A DNA stretch of 34,613 bases, taken from NCBI GenBank assembly GCA_048939995.1, contig JBHLOY010000018.1, forward strand, positions 1 to 34,613, written 5' to 3'. The position numbers and the translations under genes are program-made. Shown in pieces: positions 18,262 to 28,704 of the stretch (its first letter is position 1; every line of letters starts with the position of its first letter). Below the pieces are notes generated by a model. It did not search any database and was not told the origin of the DNA. It worked only from the letters and a program-made list of their open reading frames with translations. The DNA is from Promethearchaeota archaeon (GTDB lineage Archaea > Asgardarchaeota > Lokiarchaeia > Sigyniarchaeales > SOKP01).

Positions 18262-18344
18262 TAATTTATTTTTTTTTTCTGATCCCAACCTAAAAAGGAG
18301 ATAGAAGGCTAATTCATATTTCCATAATAACAAAAAAAAAAAAA
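18262..18344. terminator. T-tract and A-tract terminators between convergent genes
   Basis: T-run at about 18269-18278 on the + strand and A-run at about 18332-18345 (a T-run on the - strand), between the stops at 18236 and 18384. Confidence 0.5.
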
Positions 18345-18383
18345 ATAGATTATATGTATTGCTTAAAATCTTGATATTTATGT

Positions 18384-20243
18384 TTATGGATAGGGGCCCC
18401 AGGATAAGCCACCTGGTCCAACTATATTATTTGTCACCATGCTAGGATCATACCAATTCGACGTTGTACCATATCTATAGAAATCATCAAAGTTTCCATA
18501 TGGAGATGTTATAATTGTAGATTCATAAGGCGGGATCCAGTCGTTGAATGGAACAACCAAAATGTAGGGAACTTCAATACTTGGGGAACCAAAGGTAAAA
18601 GTGGATTGTATATTATGGATATGAAAGAGACTTCCATATAAGGTTCCTTCTTCCCATGGGTCATAATTTGCCATGATTGAATCCATATCATAAAAGGGTT
18701 CTGAAGCTTCGTTTAAAAATTCTCTAGGGGGAGCTAGATCAAGATCCTTAGGATTTGACAATGGATCATGAACAATAATCTCTATTAATACTATTTCTCC
18801 TATCTGTTTTTGAGGATATGTGAATTTCTGAGTATTAAAGAGAATAATATCTACATCTCCATCAAAAGGATGTATCCCCTCTGGAGTTTCGTCCTTACCT
18901 AAGATAGGTCCCGGAGAGGGAATATTATTTATTCTCTCAATCATGACTGTAGATTCTCCGACTATCGGTCTTTCAATATGTATCAGGTGATCCATTCCTG
19001 AATCATAGATTACAGCTGTAAATTCCATTGTGATTCTCATTAAATTCCATTCTTGATCATAGATTTCTTCTAATGAAAAGGTCATTCCGAAGTCATTATA
19101 ATCAAAGTCACCATCTGGCCAATCTTCATATCCTATATATACATTTCCAGTTTCAGGGTATTCAACGAAATGTGTTTCAACACCCTGAACATTATATGTA
19201 AAATAAGTGGCCCAATTTTTTCCGGGAAAATCAAAACCAGCACCCCAAGCAGATTCCTCCATATCAATATAATCATAACAGATACTAGCTTTGAAAATTA
19301 GCCCAGCAGGATTACTTGATGAGGATCCACTACCAAAATAATTCAATGCCCTGATCGAGATATTATTTTCTCCCGAGACCAATTTATCCGAGATATCGTA
19401 TGTTTCAATAGTCTCCCACTCATGACTGCCAGGACCATCTTTGTGCATTGTTCCATCTCCACCTACATCAATTTCATTTACCCATAATTTATATGAATTA
19501 TCTGTAGTGATAGCCATCGTTCCTATGATATTATGGGCTGTATCAGGGAGAATAAAATCTTTTTTAAATAACCAACCATATTCATCGGGTAAAACCGAAT
19601 ATTGGGGTACATTGGCATATTCCCAAGCAGGATCTGTAAATTCAGTTCTCCATATCCAACTCGCTCCAGTAATAGAAGGCCATGACCCATGAGTCCAACA
19701 TAGTACTGCGGGTTGCCAAATATTAGACAAGTCTTCCCACACCACATCTGAATCACTGACTATCATTTCACAAATACTGGCAATATGTATTACTTCAGCA
19801 TGAGCGGCAATATATAATTCCGTATTGATATTCCAACCGTCTAAATCAATAACAAATAAATCTTCTTGTTCAGGAGGATAATACTCTCGTTTCCACTTAA
19901 AGTGACCCGGAATAGGATTACCTCCACCCTTTCCTTGCTTGTTAGGTTTTGTTTGTGGGATTCCTTCTAATGTTGTGTTAACTGCTAAGTGAGTTTCAAC
20001 CAAATACCAATCATCGATTGTTTGATATTTTACGTAAAGAAATTCCCCGTCATTCCATACAAGTACATCTCCAACATCAATAGCAGATTCTGGATTTCCG
20101 CCCCCTGCTATTAAATCGGTCATAAAGGGGGAATCCTCTGTGTGGGCAACTATAGGAGTAATAGCAAAAACTAATGTCAACGGTATTATCAGTAGCGATA
20201 AGAAACTCAATAATAATACTACTTTTTTCTTAATTGACGTCAC
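18384..20243 (-). CDS. Secreted multidomain protein: galactose-binding-like (WIW...NPAGL) domain plus LruC/DUF4114-like domain
   Basis: Signal peptide; ASWIW, TTDNSYKLWVN, GENNISI and NPAGLIF motifs; YEDWPDGDFDYNDF. Confidence 0.75.
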   Translation of the reverse strand: MTSIKKKVVLLLSFLSLLIIPLTLVFAITPIVAHTEDSPFMTDLIAGGGNPESAIDVGDVLVWNDGEFLYVKYQTIDDWYLVETHLAVNTTLEGIPQTKPNKQGKGGGNPIPGHFKWKREYYPPEQEDLFVIDLDGWNINTELYIAAHAEVIHIASICEMIVSDSDVVWEDLSNIWQPAVLCWTHGSWPSITGASWIWRTEFTDPAWEYANVPQYSVLPDEYGWLFKKDFILPDTAHNIIGTMAITTDNSYKLWVNEIDVGGDGTMHKDGPGSHEWETIETYDISDKLVSGENNISIRALNYFGSGSSSSNPAGLIFKASICYDYIDMEESAWGAGFDFPGKNWATYFTYNVQGVETHFVEYPETGNVYIGYEDWPDGDFDYNDFGMTFSLEEIYDQEWNLMRITMEFTAVIYDSGMDHLIHIERPIVGESTVMIERINNIPSPGPILGKDETPEGIHPFDGDVDIILFNTQKFTYPQKQIGEIVLIEIIVHDPLSNPKDLDLAPPREFLNEASEPFYDMDSIMANYDPWEEGTLYGSLFHIHNIQSTFTFGSPSIEVPYILVVPFNDWIPPYESTIITSPYGNFDDFYRYGTTSNWYDPSMVTNNIVGPGGLSWGPYP

Positions 20244-20593
20244 CTCTTTTTAAAACTCTAACATTTTTATTAAATTAGAGTATAAATCAGAATTAAGAGT
20301 ATTTTACATTTAAATTTAATCCAAATGCATTAATCCTTAATTTAACCATTTTAACAACTAAGCTATGAATTTTGTTTCAACCATCCGAGAATTAGATGTT
20401 TAAAAATCCTATTCACGAGTTGTATAATTCCTTTAAAATTTTAACAGAAAACAATATTTCTCTTTACCTAATCAATGGGTAATGAGGATGTTATTTTGGA
20501 GAACCAATAATTAATAAGTAAATCTAATTTTACTACGATTTAAATTGATGGAATATATATTCGAATTAAATAAATTGAAAAAAGGAAAATATT

Positions 20594-21100
20594 ATGTCAA
20601 AAGGAAAAGGATTAAGCATTTTAGCTCTTTTAATAGCACTATCAGGGTTAGGATTAGGAATTTATACATTTGTGTTCCCTCCTGTTCAAGTTTCCGATAC
20701 TAATTTTGAAATTCAAGAAACATGGTTCAATTCCTACTCAACCGATGTTTTTACCAATCCCATTGCTTCATTTATTGTTATAGATCCTCTTCTACTCAAT
20801 TTTACTGTAAATCCAGGAGAATCGGTGCATTTTCTTTATATTGGAATGGCAGCTGTATTTGGGGGGGGACTTTCATTGATTCAAATTAACTTTGTGTTAG
20901 ATGGTACGATACAAGCTCACCCTGTTGGACCACAATGTATCTTTGCTAGCGATAGTGCAGATCAATATGGTTCGGTTGCTCTTCAAGCCACAAAAATATT
21001 ATCTCCAGGTCTTCATAATGTGACAATTTCTGTGTGGGGTACAAATTCTAGTAATGGAGTTACTTCAAACAGTCTATTAGTTCAAACATTTATCACTTAA
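20594..21100 (+). CDS. Membrane-anchored/secreted beta-sandwich protein, paralogue of 34080-34580
   Basis: N-terminal signal anchor; beta-rich body (NFTVNPGESV, NFVLDG, ADQYGSV, GLHNVTI). Confidence 0.8.
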   Translation: MSKGKGLSILALLIALSGLGLGIYTFVFPPVQVSDTNFEIQETWFNSYSTDVFTNPIASFIVIDPLLLNFTVNPGESVHFLYIGMAAVFGGGLSLIQINFVLDGTIQAHPVGPQCIFASDSADQYGSVALQATKILSPGLHNVTISVWGTNSSNGVTSNSLLVQTFIT

Positions 21101-21282
21101 AAGAGCGAGGAAATAGAATTTAATAATAAATCATTTTTTTTATTTTTCTTCTTTTTAGAATTTCTTTGAAAAATTATAAGATTAGTTATGATATTAACAT
21201 GAACTTCATTTGTAGTTCATTAATTTCATCTATTTATATTAGAATATACTATAGAATTCATAAAACTCAAGGTAAAAATAAG

Positions 21283-21861
21283 ATGAATAAAAATAAAATT
21301 CCTCCCAAAGCCTATTTATTTCCTATGCCCGTAGTTCTTATTGGTGCTAATGTGAATGGAAAACCAAATTTTGAGCCCTTGGCTTATGTCTGTATTGTTG
21401 AAAATCAACCACCATTAATTTCAATAGCTTCTTGGGAAACTCATTATACTAATATTGGGATCAACGAAAATAAAACATTTAGCGTTAATACCCCCACTGA
21501 AAATTTAGCCGAAAAGATAGACTATTGCGGTATAGTCTCAGGAAAAGAGGAAGATAAATCAAAAGTATTTGATGTTTTCTATGGTGATCTCAAAACCGCG
21601 CCAATGGTAAGCGCTTCACCCCTAAATCTAGAATGTGAGGTTATAAAGACCTTCAAGACAAGGGAATTAGTGGAAATAGAGGAAGGCCACGAAATTTTTA
21701 TCGGAAAAGTAGTTAATGCCTATGCTGATGAGGCATATTTAACAGAAGGGATACCAAATATTGCAAAGCTTAAAAGCTACACATATTCACAAAATAATTA
21801 TTGGAAAGTTGGTGAAAACCTCGCCCCGGCATTTGAGATTGGAAAAAAGTATGAAAAATGA
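21283..21861 (+). CDS. Flavin reductase-like (flavoredoxin) FMN-binding protein
   Basis: FPMPVVLIGANVNGKPN, FSVNTP, DYCGIVSG, APM...PLNLEC and HEIFIG motifs. ATG at 21283 is more plausible than 21166. Confidence 0.92.
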   Translation: MNKNKIPPKAYLFPMPVVLIGANVNGKPNFEPLAYVCIVENQPPLISIASWETHYTNIGINENKTFSVNTPTENLAEKIDYCGIVSGKEEDKSKVFDVFYGDLKTAPMVSASPLNLECEVIKTFKTRELVEIEEGHEIFIGKVVNAYADEAYLTEGIPNIAKLKSYTYSQNNYWKVGENLAPAFEIGKKYEK

Positions 21862-21867
21862 TTAAAA

Positions 21868-22449
21868 ATGAGCAAAGAAACAAATAAAGAAAATTTAAAT
21901 AAACAAATTATTGAAGGGAATCTTTTAAGTCCTTTACCTGTAATTTTGGTGGGAGCTAATGTTCATAATAAGCCTAATTATCTGGTTATTGGATACAGTT
22001 GTCCATTTGTTTTTGGTAGGTACATTTTCTTCAGCTTATATCCAAAACGTTATACAACAATTGGAATTCATGAGAATATGACGTTTAGCGTAAATATTCC
22101 TTCAGATAATTTAGTGGAACAAACAAATATTTGTGGAAGTAAATCAGGGCGAGACATCGATAAAAGTACCCTTTTTGATAATTTTTACGGAGAGTTAAAA
22201 ACCGCACCAATGATTCGTGAGTGTCCAGTAAACATTGAATGTAAAGTACATGAAATCCTTGATTATGGTGACGGTGAAGGAATTATTGGCAAGGTAATTA
22301 AATCTTATGTTAATCCACAATATACAATTAAAGAAGATGGAAAAATAAAGCTCGATTGGAGGAAGATTCATCCAATTATCTGGACTACAGGAGGCGACTT
22401 TAATTATTACCGCCTTGGGGAACGAATTAAAACTAAGGAAGAGGCATAG
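21868..22449 (+). CDS. Flavin reductase-like (flavoredoxin) FMN-binding protein, tandem paralogue
   Basis: PLPVILVGANV, FSVNIP, CGSKSGRDIDKS and APMIRECPVNIEC motifs. Confidence 0.92.
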   Translation: MSKETNKENLNKQIIEGNLLSPLPVILVGANVHNKPNYLVIGYSCPFVFGRYIFFSLYPKRYTTIGIHENMTFSVNIPSDNLVEQTNICGSKSGRDIDKSTLFDNFYGELKTAPMIRECPVNIECKVHEILDYGDGEGIIGKVIKSYVNPQYTIKEDGKIKLDWRKIHPIIWTTGGDFNYYRLGERIKTKEEA

Positions 22450-22522
22450 AAATTTTCATAATGAGAACAAGAGGATAATGTATCAAAGATTTACATAGAA
22501 TAAAGAAAATGAGTTACTAAAA

Positions 22523-23362
22523 ATGAAATTTCATACATTTGAAAGAAAAACAAAAAATAAAATATTTAAAATCAAACCAGTTGAGTATTTTGAAAATATT
22601 TACATAAGATTGGATTTTTTGCTTGGATATATTAAGAATAATGAAAATAAATTCAAAGATTATGTAAATCAACTGATTGATGATTTTCAATGTTTGATTA
22701 AACTATCATCAGCAGGAGATTATAAAATTGGCAATTTATCCAAATACAATAATCTAAAATCTAATATGGAACTTGTTAGATTACATGGAGATTTAATGAG
22801 ACAAGAACTAGGGATTTCAATGGAACAAGCAAATAGTATCGATGAAATCGAAATTCCCAGCAGATATTATTGGCGCGGAATTATTTTACCAAGATATTAT
22901 CAATTAGTAGCGCTAATTAAAATCCTCGGAAGATATGAAGCTATTAAATTGTTCAAAGATTATGTAGATCAATATTATATATACATAAAATCAACATTCG
23001 AGCACTATGATTCCTTAGATGAATTTTATAATAAACGTATTGGGGATAAAAGAAAAAGTACGGATAATGAATTCGCTGTAGTTTACAGCACTGTGGAAAA
23101 TGGAGTTTATATTATTCGCATTGATAATTGCCCAGCAGTTGAATCATTAGACGGTATAGATGATAAAGAATTGATTTACACTATAATGTGCTATCCTGAT
23201 TATCAACATGCTAAAATAATAAATGAGAATTTTCTTATGACTAGGAACTCCACAATTGCAGAGGGGGGTCCATATTGTGATAAAGTTTTCCATGATACAA
23301 GAATAGATAAGGACCTCAAACATTTTAGCAAAGAATTTTTTGATAGTATGAGTTCTAATTAA
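22523..23362 (+). CDS. L-2-amino-thiazoline-4-carboxylic acid hydrolase-like protein
   Basis: DNCP...CYPDY...TRNSTIAEGGPYCD motif set. Confidence 0.78.
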   Translation: MKFHTFERKTKNKIFKIKPVEYFENIYIRLDFLLGYIKNNENKFKDYVNQLIDDFQCLIKLSSAGDYKIGNLSKYNNLKSNMELVRLHGDLMRQELGISMEQANSIDEIEIPSRYYWRGIILPRYYQLVALIKILGRYEAIKLFKDYVDQYYIYIKSTFEHYDSLDEFYNKRIGDKRKSTDNEFAVVYSTVENGVYIIRIDNCPAVESLDGIDDKELIYTIMCYPDYQHAKIINENFLMTRNSTIAEGGPYCDKVFHDTRIDKDLKHFSKEFFDSMSSN

Positions 23363-23387
23363 GATTAAAAGAACTAAGTGATAAAAA

Positions 23388-23714
23388 ATGAGCTTTTCTC
23401 TCAAAATTACGGTTGTGAAAGTTTTCGAACCTAAAGATATCATAGGGAATGATTTCATTAGAGAATCAGGAAAGTTAATACCTAAATGTGGCTTTTTTAA
23501 TGAAGGAGATCAATTCATCATACCAGAGACGGGTGCGATGCCTGAAAAATTTATCTGCATACATGCGTTTAATGCGATTAATAAACATGTAGAAGTTCTT
23601 AGGTTAGGTGGAAGTATTGAGGATTGGACTGGAGAAGATACTATCTTCGGTGTATGCCCAGATGGTATACGACCTGTAATCTTTAAAATCGAACGAATAA
23701 AAAAGGAAAAATAA
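23388..23714 (+). CDS. TIGR04076-family protein
   Basis: LKITVVK...C...EGDQF...PEKFICIHAF...CPDGIRPVIFKIERI. Confidence 0.85.
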   Translation: MSFSLKITVVKVFEPKDIIGNDFIRESGKLIPKCGFFNEGDQFIIPETGAMPEKFICIHAFNAINKHVEVLRLGGSIEDWTGEDTIFGVCPDGIRPVIFKIERIKKEK

Positions 23715-23729
23715 TTTTGGTGATTAAGA

Positions 23730-24047
23730 TTGAGACCTAAAGTAAAAATAACAGTTTTGAAAAAATTCACATCCAAAGATGTTTTGGGATATGATTTCAA
23801 ATTCCCCAATGGTTTTATTGTAAAAGATTGTACAGAGGTTCAAGAAGGACAGGAATTTGTTGTTGAAAATGAATTAACTATGCCAGAAGGTTTCTGTCGT
23901 TGGGCATGGGTTGATATTTATCGAGACATTGCTATTTTAACTATGAAAGGTAATTTTACAGAAGGAGAATTGACTGGGATAAAATACTCAGCGTGCTCAG
24001 ATGGATTGAAACCAGTTGTTTTCAAACTAGAACGTATTGAAGAATAA
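23730..24047 (+). CDS. TIGR04076-family protein, tandem paralogue
   Basis: KVKITVLK...C...EGQEF...PEGFCRWAW...CSDGLKPVVFKLERIE. TTG start 6 nt after GGTGA. Confidence 0.88.
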   Translation: MRPKVKITVLKKFTSKDVLGYDFKFPNGFIVKDCTEVQEGQEFVVENELTMPEGFCRWAWVDIYRDIAILTMKGNFTEGELTGIKYSACSDGLKPVVFKLERIEE

Positions 24048-24214
24048 GAAATGACTGCTTAATATTTTTTTTTCTGAAAAATTCTAAACCTTCCATTGGA
24101 TGGATTAATATAAATTAGCAATTAATTAAAGTTTTAAATAACTTAGAAGCATTAGCAGATATTGATCTTTTTTAATTATTATCTTTTGAAAATTTTTGAA
24201 TAGAGGAATACAAA

Positions 24215-25693
24215 ATGAGAACAAAAGAAGAATACATGAAGGATTTAAGCAAAATGAAGAAAAATATTTACTTTGATGGTGAAATTATTGATCGGTTAGA
24301 TGAGCGTCAAATGCCTTGCATTAACACAATCGGTACAACATTCGACGTAGTTGAGGACCCAGAATATGCTGATTTAATCCTTGCAAAATCACATCTTTCG
24401 GGTGAAATTATTAATAGATTCACACATATTCATCAAAATACTGATGATCTTCATAAAAAGCAAGATATGACGAGAAAGATTTGTCAGAAAGTTGGCGGAT
24501 GTATTCAACGTTGCATGGGATGTGATGGAACAAACGCAGTATATAATGTGAGCTATGAGGCAGATAAGTCTAATAATGGTACAACTAATTATCACGATAA
24601 TTTTAAAAAATGGTTAGCACGATTTCAGAAGGAAGACTTAATCGCTGCTTGTGCTCAGACTGATGTTAAAGGCGATCGAATAAAGAGACCAGCAGATCAG
24701 CAAGACCCAGATATGTATGTTCGAGTTGTTGAAAAAAAAGATGATGGAATTATCGTTCGCGGATGTAAGCTTCACATTTCAGAAGCTTCTGTATCTGATG
24801 AGATTTTAGTAGTTCCTACAAGAGCATTAAGACCAGAAGATAAAGATTATGCCGTATCATTTGCGATTCCTGCAGATTATGAAGGTGTAAAGCAAGTAAT
24901 AACCATCCATAATTTACGCCCGAGAGAATACTTTAAACGTGGTTTTATGCCCGGGGCGACTGACTCCTACATCATTTTTGATGATGTGTTTGTACCATGG
25001 GAACGCGTATTTCTTTGTGGTGAATATCAACATGCGGGTGCTCTTGCGTTATTATTTGCTCTATTTCATCGTCATAGCTATTCAGGTTGTAAACCTGCTA
25101 TTGGAGATTTAGTAGTGGGAACTGCTGCGTTAGCTGCTGAATATAATAACATCCATAGAACATCGCATGTTAGGAGTAAATTAGCGGAATTAATTCTGGT
25201 AACAGAACTTGGTTATGCTGCGGGATACACAGCATCGGATCTAGGCAAACCAGAAGTATATATGCCTGGAATAGGATTTGTACCTTATGGTCCTGGCAGT
25301 TACATTCCAAATTCAATTTATTGTAATGCAGGAAGATGTTTATCGGGAGAAAATGTCTTCCGTGAAGCTGAGATAATCACAGATATTTCAGGCGGGATTC
25401 CAGCAACATTCCCTCATGAAAGAGACTTTGTGAATCCCGAACTTAAGGATCAACTCTATAAATACATCACTCGAAATCCAAAGATTTCTCCTGACAATGC
25501 TGCACAATTTTGGCGATATGTTGGCGATATGTACTGCTCTGCGACAGGAGGAGTTCATCTTTTTGGAAGTTATCATGGGGGTGGGTCCCCTGTAATGGAG
25601 AGTATCGCAATTACAACCCAGTATGATATTGAAGCTAGAAAAGAGATGGTAAAAAAAATTGCTGGAATTAATGATGAATTAAATAAGGTTTAA
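24215..25693 (+). CDS. 4-hydroxybutyryl-CoA dehydratase (AbfD)-like FAD/[4Fe-4S] protein of the HpaB/AbfD family
   Basis: GCIQRCMGCD (CX3C), QTDVKGDR, FDDVFVPWERVF, HRHSYSGCK (His and Cys ligands) and HGGGSP motifs. Confidence 0.9.
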   Translation: MRTKEEYMKDLSKMKKNIYFDGEIIDRLDERQMPCINTIGTTFDVVEDPEYADLILAKSHLSGEIINRFTHIHQNTDDLHKKQDMTRKICQKVGGCIQRCMGCDGTNAVYNVSYEADKSNNGTTNYHDNFKKWLARFQKEDLIAACAQTDVKGDRIKRPADQQDPDMYVRVVEKKDDGIIVRGCKLHISEASVSDEILVVPTRALRPEDKDYAVSFAIPADYEGVKQVITIHNLRPREYFKRGFMPGATDSYIIFDDVFVPWERVFLCGEYQHAGALALLFALFHRHSYSGCKPAIGDLVVGTAALAAEYNNIHRTSHVRSKLAELILVTELGYAAGYTASDLGKPEVYMPGIGFVPYGPGSYIPNSIYCNAGRCLSGENVFREAEIITDISGGIPATFPHERDFVNPELKDQLYKYITRNPKISPDNAAQFWRYVGDMYCSATGGVHLFGSYHGGGSPVMESIAITTQYDIEARKEMVKKIAGINDELNKV

Positions 25694-26059
25694 AACCGAC
25701 TTAACTACAAAATTATTTTATTATTTTTTAATTTGAAAATCAATAATTAAGGATATATAAGTATATAAATAAAGAAATCCCGAGATCTAATCCAAAAATA
25801 AATAAATCTTTTAGCCTAAGAAAGTATCTTAAACAGAATATTGGCCATAATGTCTTAAAATTTTAAGTATTTTCATTTTTTTTTCTTAAAATATCTTAAT
25901 TTAACTCTGTTATTCTAAAAATAAATAAGATATTTTCTAACAGTATTTTAAAATGCATTTTTCATAATACCAAGGTTTATTAAATGTAAAAATTTATATT
26001 GCATGCTTGGACAGAGAAAATTCAAAGTTTCAAGTATAAAATTAAAATTTGGTGAAATT

Positions 26060-26203
26060 ATGTCTAATAGAAATTACGGCAATAGAACGATGCATAAAGC
26101 TACATGTGCAGACTGCGGAAGTCAGTGCGAAGTTCCATTTAAGCCAACAGAAGGCAGAGATGTTTATTGTCGAGATTGTTATAGAAATCATAGAAGATAT
26201 TAA
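26060..26203 (+). CDS. CxxC-x17-CxxC zinc-binding domain protein, 47 aa
   Basis: MHKATCADCGSQCEVPFKPTEGRDVYCRDCY. ATG at 26060 follows GGTGA. Confidence 0.92.
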   Translation: MSNRNYGNRTMHKATCADCGSQCEVPFKPTEGRDVYCRDCYRNHRRY

Positions 26204-26476
26204 ATCTATTTTTTCTAAGTTTTAGTAACAACAAAAAACTTATTTTCTGGTTTATACAATTACTCATTTTTTTTATTTCTTTTTTAATCATAATCAACAA
26301 GGAAAATTAACCAAGGAGAAAATAATTAATTTTCCATCTAATAGGCAGATTAAAAAAAATTAAAAAAAAGAATTTATTCGTTATCGTAACGCTATTATTA
26401 TTCTGGAGCTTTTAATCCTATAAGAGTAAATAAAATGGCTATTAAAAGTTCGAAAGTATTTAGGAAGTAGAAAAAA

Positions 26477-27133
26477 TTAAATAAAACTCAAACTAGAAAT
26501 TCCAGCTCTTACTAATAAGAACATCCGTATATAAAGAAAAAAGTGAAAAAGTAATTCGAATGCGAAAAGTAGATAGATTAAGATATTCAAAGGGATATTT
26601 CCAATAAATCCATAGAAATATCCGAAATAAATCAAGTTAATTAAACCAAAAGCAATTATTAAAATGTTAAACCAGAGGATAATACGATTATATTTTTTAT
26701 ATAACTTTTGTTCTTTATAGAGAAAAATTTCAGGGTTTTCATCTAATGATTTAGCATGTTGTTCACATAAAGGAATTCCAAAAGTAATAAAAAAGTATGG
26801 TATTTTATATAATTCAATTATTGCATTTTTTTCGCATAAAACACATTTTAAGCCATGCTTTGTTATCTGCCGCTTATAATATGACTTATAAGATAGGGTT
26901 ATTGCCATATAAAAAGTAATCAACAATAAAGCCGAAATTATAAATGGAAAGGTCACAGCATTATATAAAAACTCCCAGTCAATATCTTCCATGAGATGGG
27001 TTTGGAGGGTGATTCCGAAAATTAATAGCGTTGGTAATAGAAAAGCATAACCTAAAACCAGATTTAAAAAGCTATAAATTTCTCCAACTTTTTTCTTTAT
27101 TGTTTTGTTGAATAATTTAGCCTTTTCATTCAT
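26477..27133 (-). CDS. Four-TM membrane protein with a central zinc-finger loop
   Basis: Two TM pairs flank CVLC...LCEQH. Confidence 0.7.
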   Translation of the reverse strand: MNEKAKLFNKTIKKKVGEIYSFLNLVLGYAFLLPTLLIFGITLQTHLMEDIDWEFLYNAVTFPFIISALLLITFYMAITLSYKSYYKRQITKHGLKCVLCEKNAIIELYKIPYFFITFGIPLCEQHAKSLDENPEIFLYKEQKLYKKYNRIILWFNILIIAFGLINLIYFGYFYGFIGNIPLNILIYLLFAFELLFHFFLYIRMFLLVRAGISSLSFI

Positions 27134-27403
27134 TTATTGTTTAAATAAATTTAATTTAAATAAATTTAATTTATAATAAAGTCTAGGTCTGATAAATTCT
27201 TCTTATAATTTTTAAATTTATGTTAAAAACAAATAACATTGCTTTTTTCTCACTTTAACAGTAGCAATGGTCAAACAATGTATTTAATAATTTGATTAAG
27301 TATATAATTAACCTATTGGTATCATAAGGAACAAAGCAGATAAATAAGTCCTAAAATGCTCCATAGTTAAAAATAATAGAAAAAAAGTTAATATAAAAAA
27401 AAT

Positions 27404-28195
27404 TTAATTAAGATTAAGAAATTTTTTAGCCTGGAATAACTCAGATCGCTGAAGTGCAGCATAGAAGTTTTCAATTTCTTCCTTTGGTTGCGGTTTCGAC
27501 CAATTTGCGAAGTAAAAGCTTAGATAGTGATCGAAACCCTCTTCTTTTCTTTGTTGTTGGGCGGAAGAAAGCCCAAGATTATTTGCTTCATTATCATATT
27601 CTAAGATTTGTTCATCTAATTCTTCTTGGGACAACGATTGATATTTTCGATAATGGATAACTCCCTTTTTAACCCGCCCTTTTAGTGGTTTGGATTCTTC
27701 ATCAGAATATCCAAGACAAAGGGAGAGATAAGGAAAACAGTATTTTTCAGGAAGTCCTAAAAACTTATATACTTCAAACAGATCTTGCCGATGAAGTGTT
27801 GTAGTAAATAAAGAACCAATTCCGAGTGATTTTGCAGCAATTGCAGCACTCTGAGCCGCTAGCATAGCATCCATACTACTAATGGTAAATCCTCGCATTC
27901 CATCAATAGATTCTTCAATACTATAACCCAAATGTCTTGCTAAATCAAACCAACGATTGAAATCTACAATAAATACAAGCGCTTTATTTGCTCCATAAAA
28001 ATATTTTTCCAGTAATTTATTATCATCGATAACGATAATCGAAAATACTTGACGATTACCAGAGTTTGCTGCTCGAATTGCAGCATTCAAAATTAAATCA
28101 AGATCTTCTTTTCTTATTTCCTCTTTTGTATAATTCCGAACTGATTTTAAGTTAAATAAAATATTCAAAGTTTCGTTTAAATTAGTCTCCTTCAT
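27404..28195 (-). CDS. Nitroreductase (NfsA/FRP-like)
   Basis: KSVRNY, AANSGNRQ, FIVDFNR, DAMLAAQ...AKSLGIGS and LGLP...P...LCLGY motifs. Confidence 0.92.
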   Translation of the reverse strand: MKETNLNETLNILFNLKSVRNYTKEEIRKEDLDLILNAAIRAANSGNRQVFSIIVIDDNKLLEKYFYGANKALVFIVDFNRWFDLARHLGYSIEESIDGMRGFTISSMDAMLAAQSAAIAAKSLGIGSLFTTTLHRQDLFEVYKFLGLPEKYCFPYLSLCLGYSDEESKPLKGRVKKGVIHYRKYQSLSQEELDEQILEYDNEANNLGLSSAQQQRKEEGFDHYLSFYFANWSKPQPKEEIENFYAALQRSELFQAKKFLNLN

Positions 28196-28234
28196 TATTT
28201 TTTATTGTTTATATTTTTTATATTCATTCCACAA

Positions 28235-28672
28235 TCAATCTTTATGTACTTTTAAATTATGTAAAATTCTTTCAAGGTTTTCTTCAAATTCAATAATTTC
28301 ATCGTTTGTAAAGCCTTTATAATAGATGTTATTCATTTCTTCTGCGAGTTTTTCAAAAGAAGACTCCATTTCTTTGCTCTGTTGAAGCATATAAACTAGT
28401 TTTGTGCGCTCATTGCCAGGGGGGTGTTCTATTTTTAAATATCCCTCATCACGCATACGTTTTAGCATGGTAGATATCGTTGATTTGCCTAATGAAGTAC
28501 GTTTGGTAAGATCTCGAATGGAAATTCCATCTTTTTCCCAGAGAGCAAATAGTATTCTACCTTGTCCTGGATTAATTTTGATTTTATGCTTTTTCAATTT
28601 TCTTGCAAATTTCCTTCCGGCAATTTGATGTATTTGTGAGATGAGAAAACCACCTTTCCTCTTAATTTTCAT
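28235..28672 (-). CDS. MarR-family transcriptional regulator
   Basis: GQGRILFALWEKDGISIRDLTKRTSLGKSTISTMLKRM...NERTKLV. Confidence 0.93.
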   Translation of the reverse strand: MKIKRKGGFLISQIHQIAGRKFARKLKKHKIKINPGQGRILFALWEKDGISIRDLTKRTSLGKSTISTMLKRMRDEGYLKIEHPPGNERTKLVYMLQQSKEMESSFEKLAEEMNNIYYKGFTNDEIIEFEENLERILHNLKVHKD

Positions 28673-28704
28673 TTTTTCATCACTATAACTAATTAAGATT
28701 GATT

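Noticed and set aside
21166-21282. N-terminal extensions in the ORF track (21166, 26003, 29890)
   Set aside because: Family similarity begins at downstream ATGs (21283, 26060, 29830); the extensions look like AT-rich promoter DNA.
27141-27170. 15-bp tandem repeat TTAAATAAATTTAAT x2
   Set aside because: Pure A/T low-complexity sequence, probably slippage.
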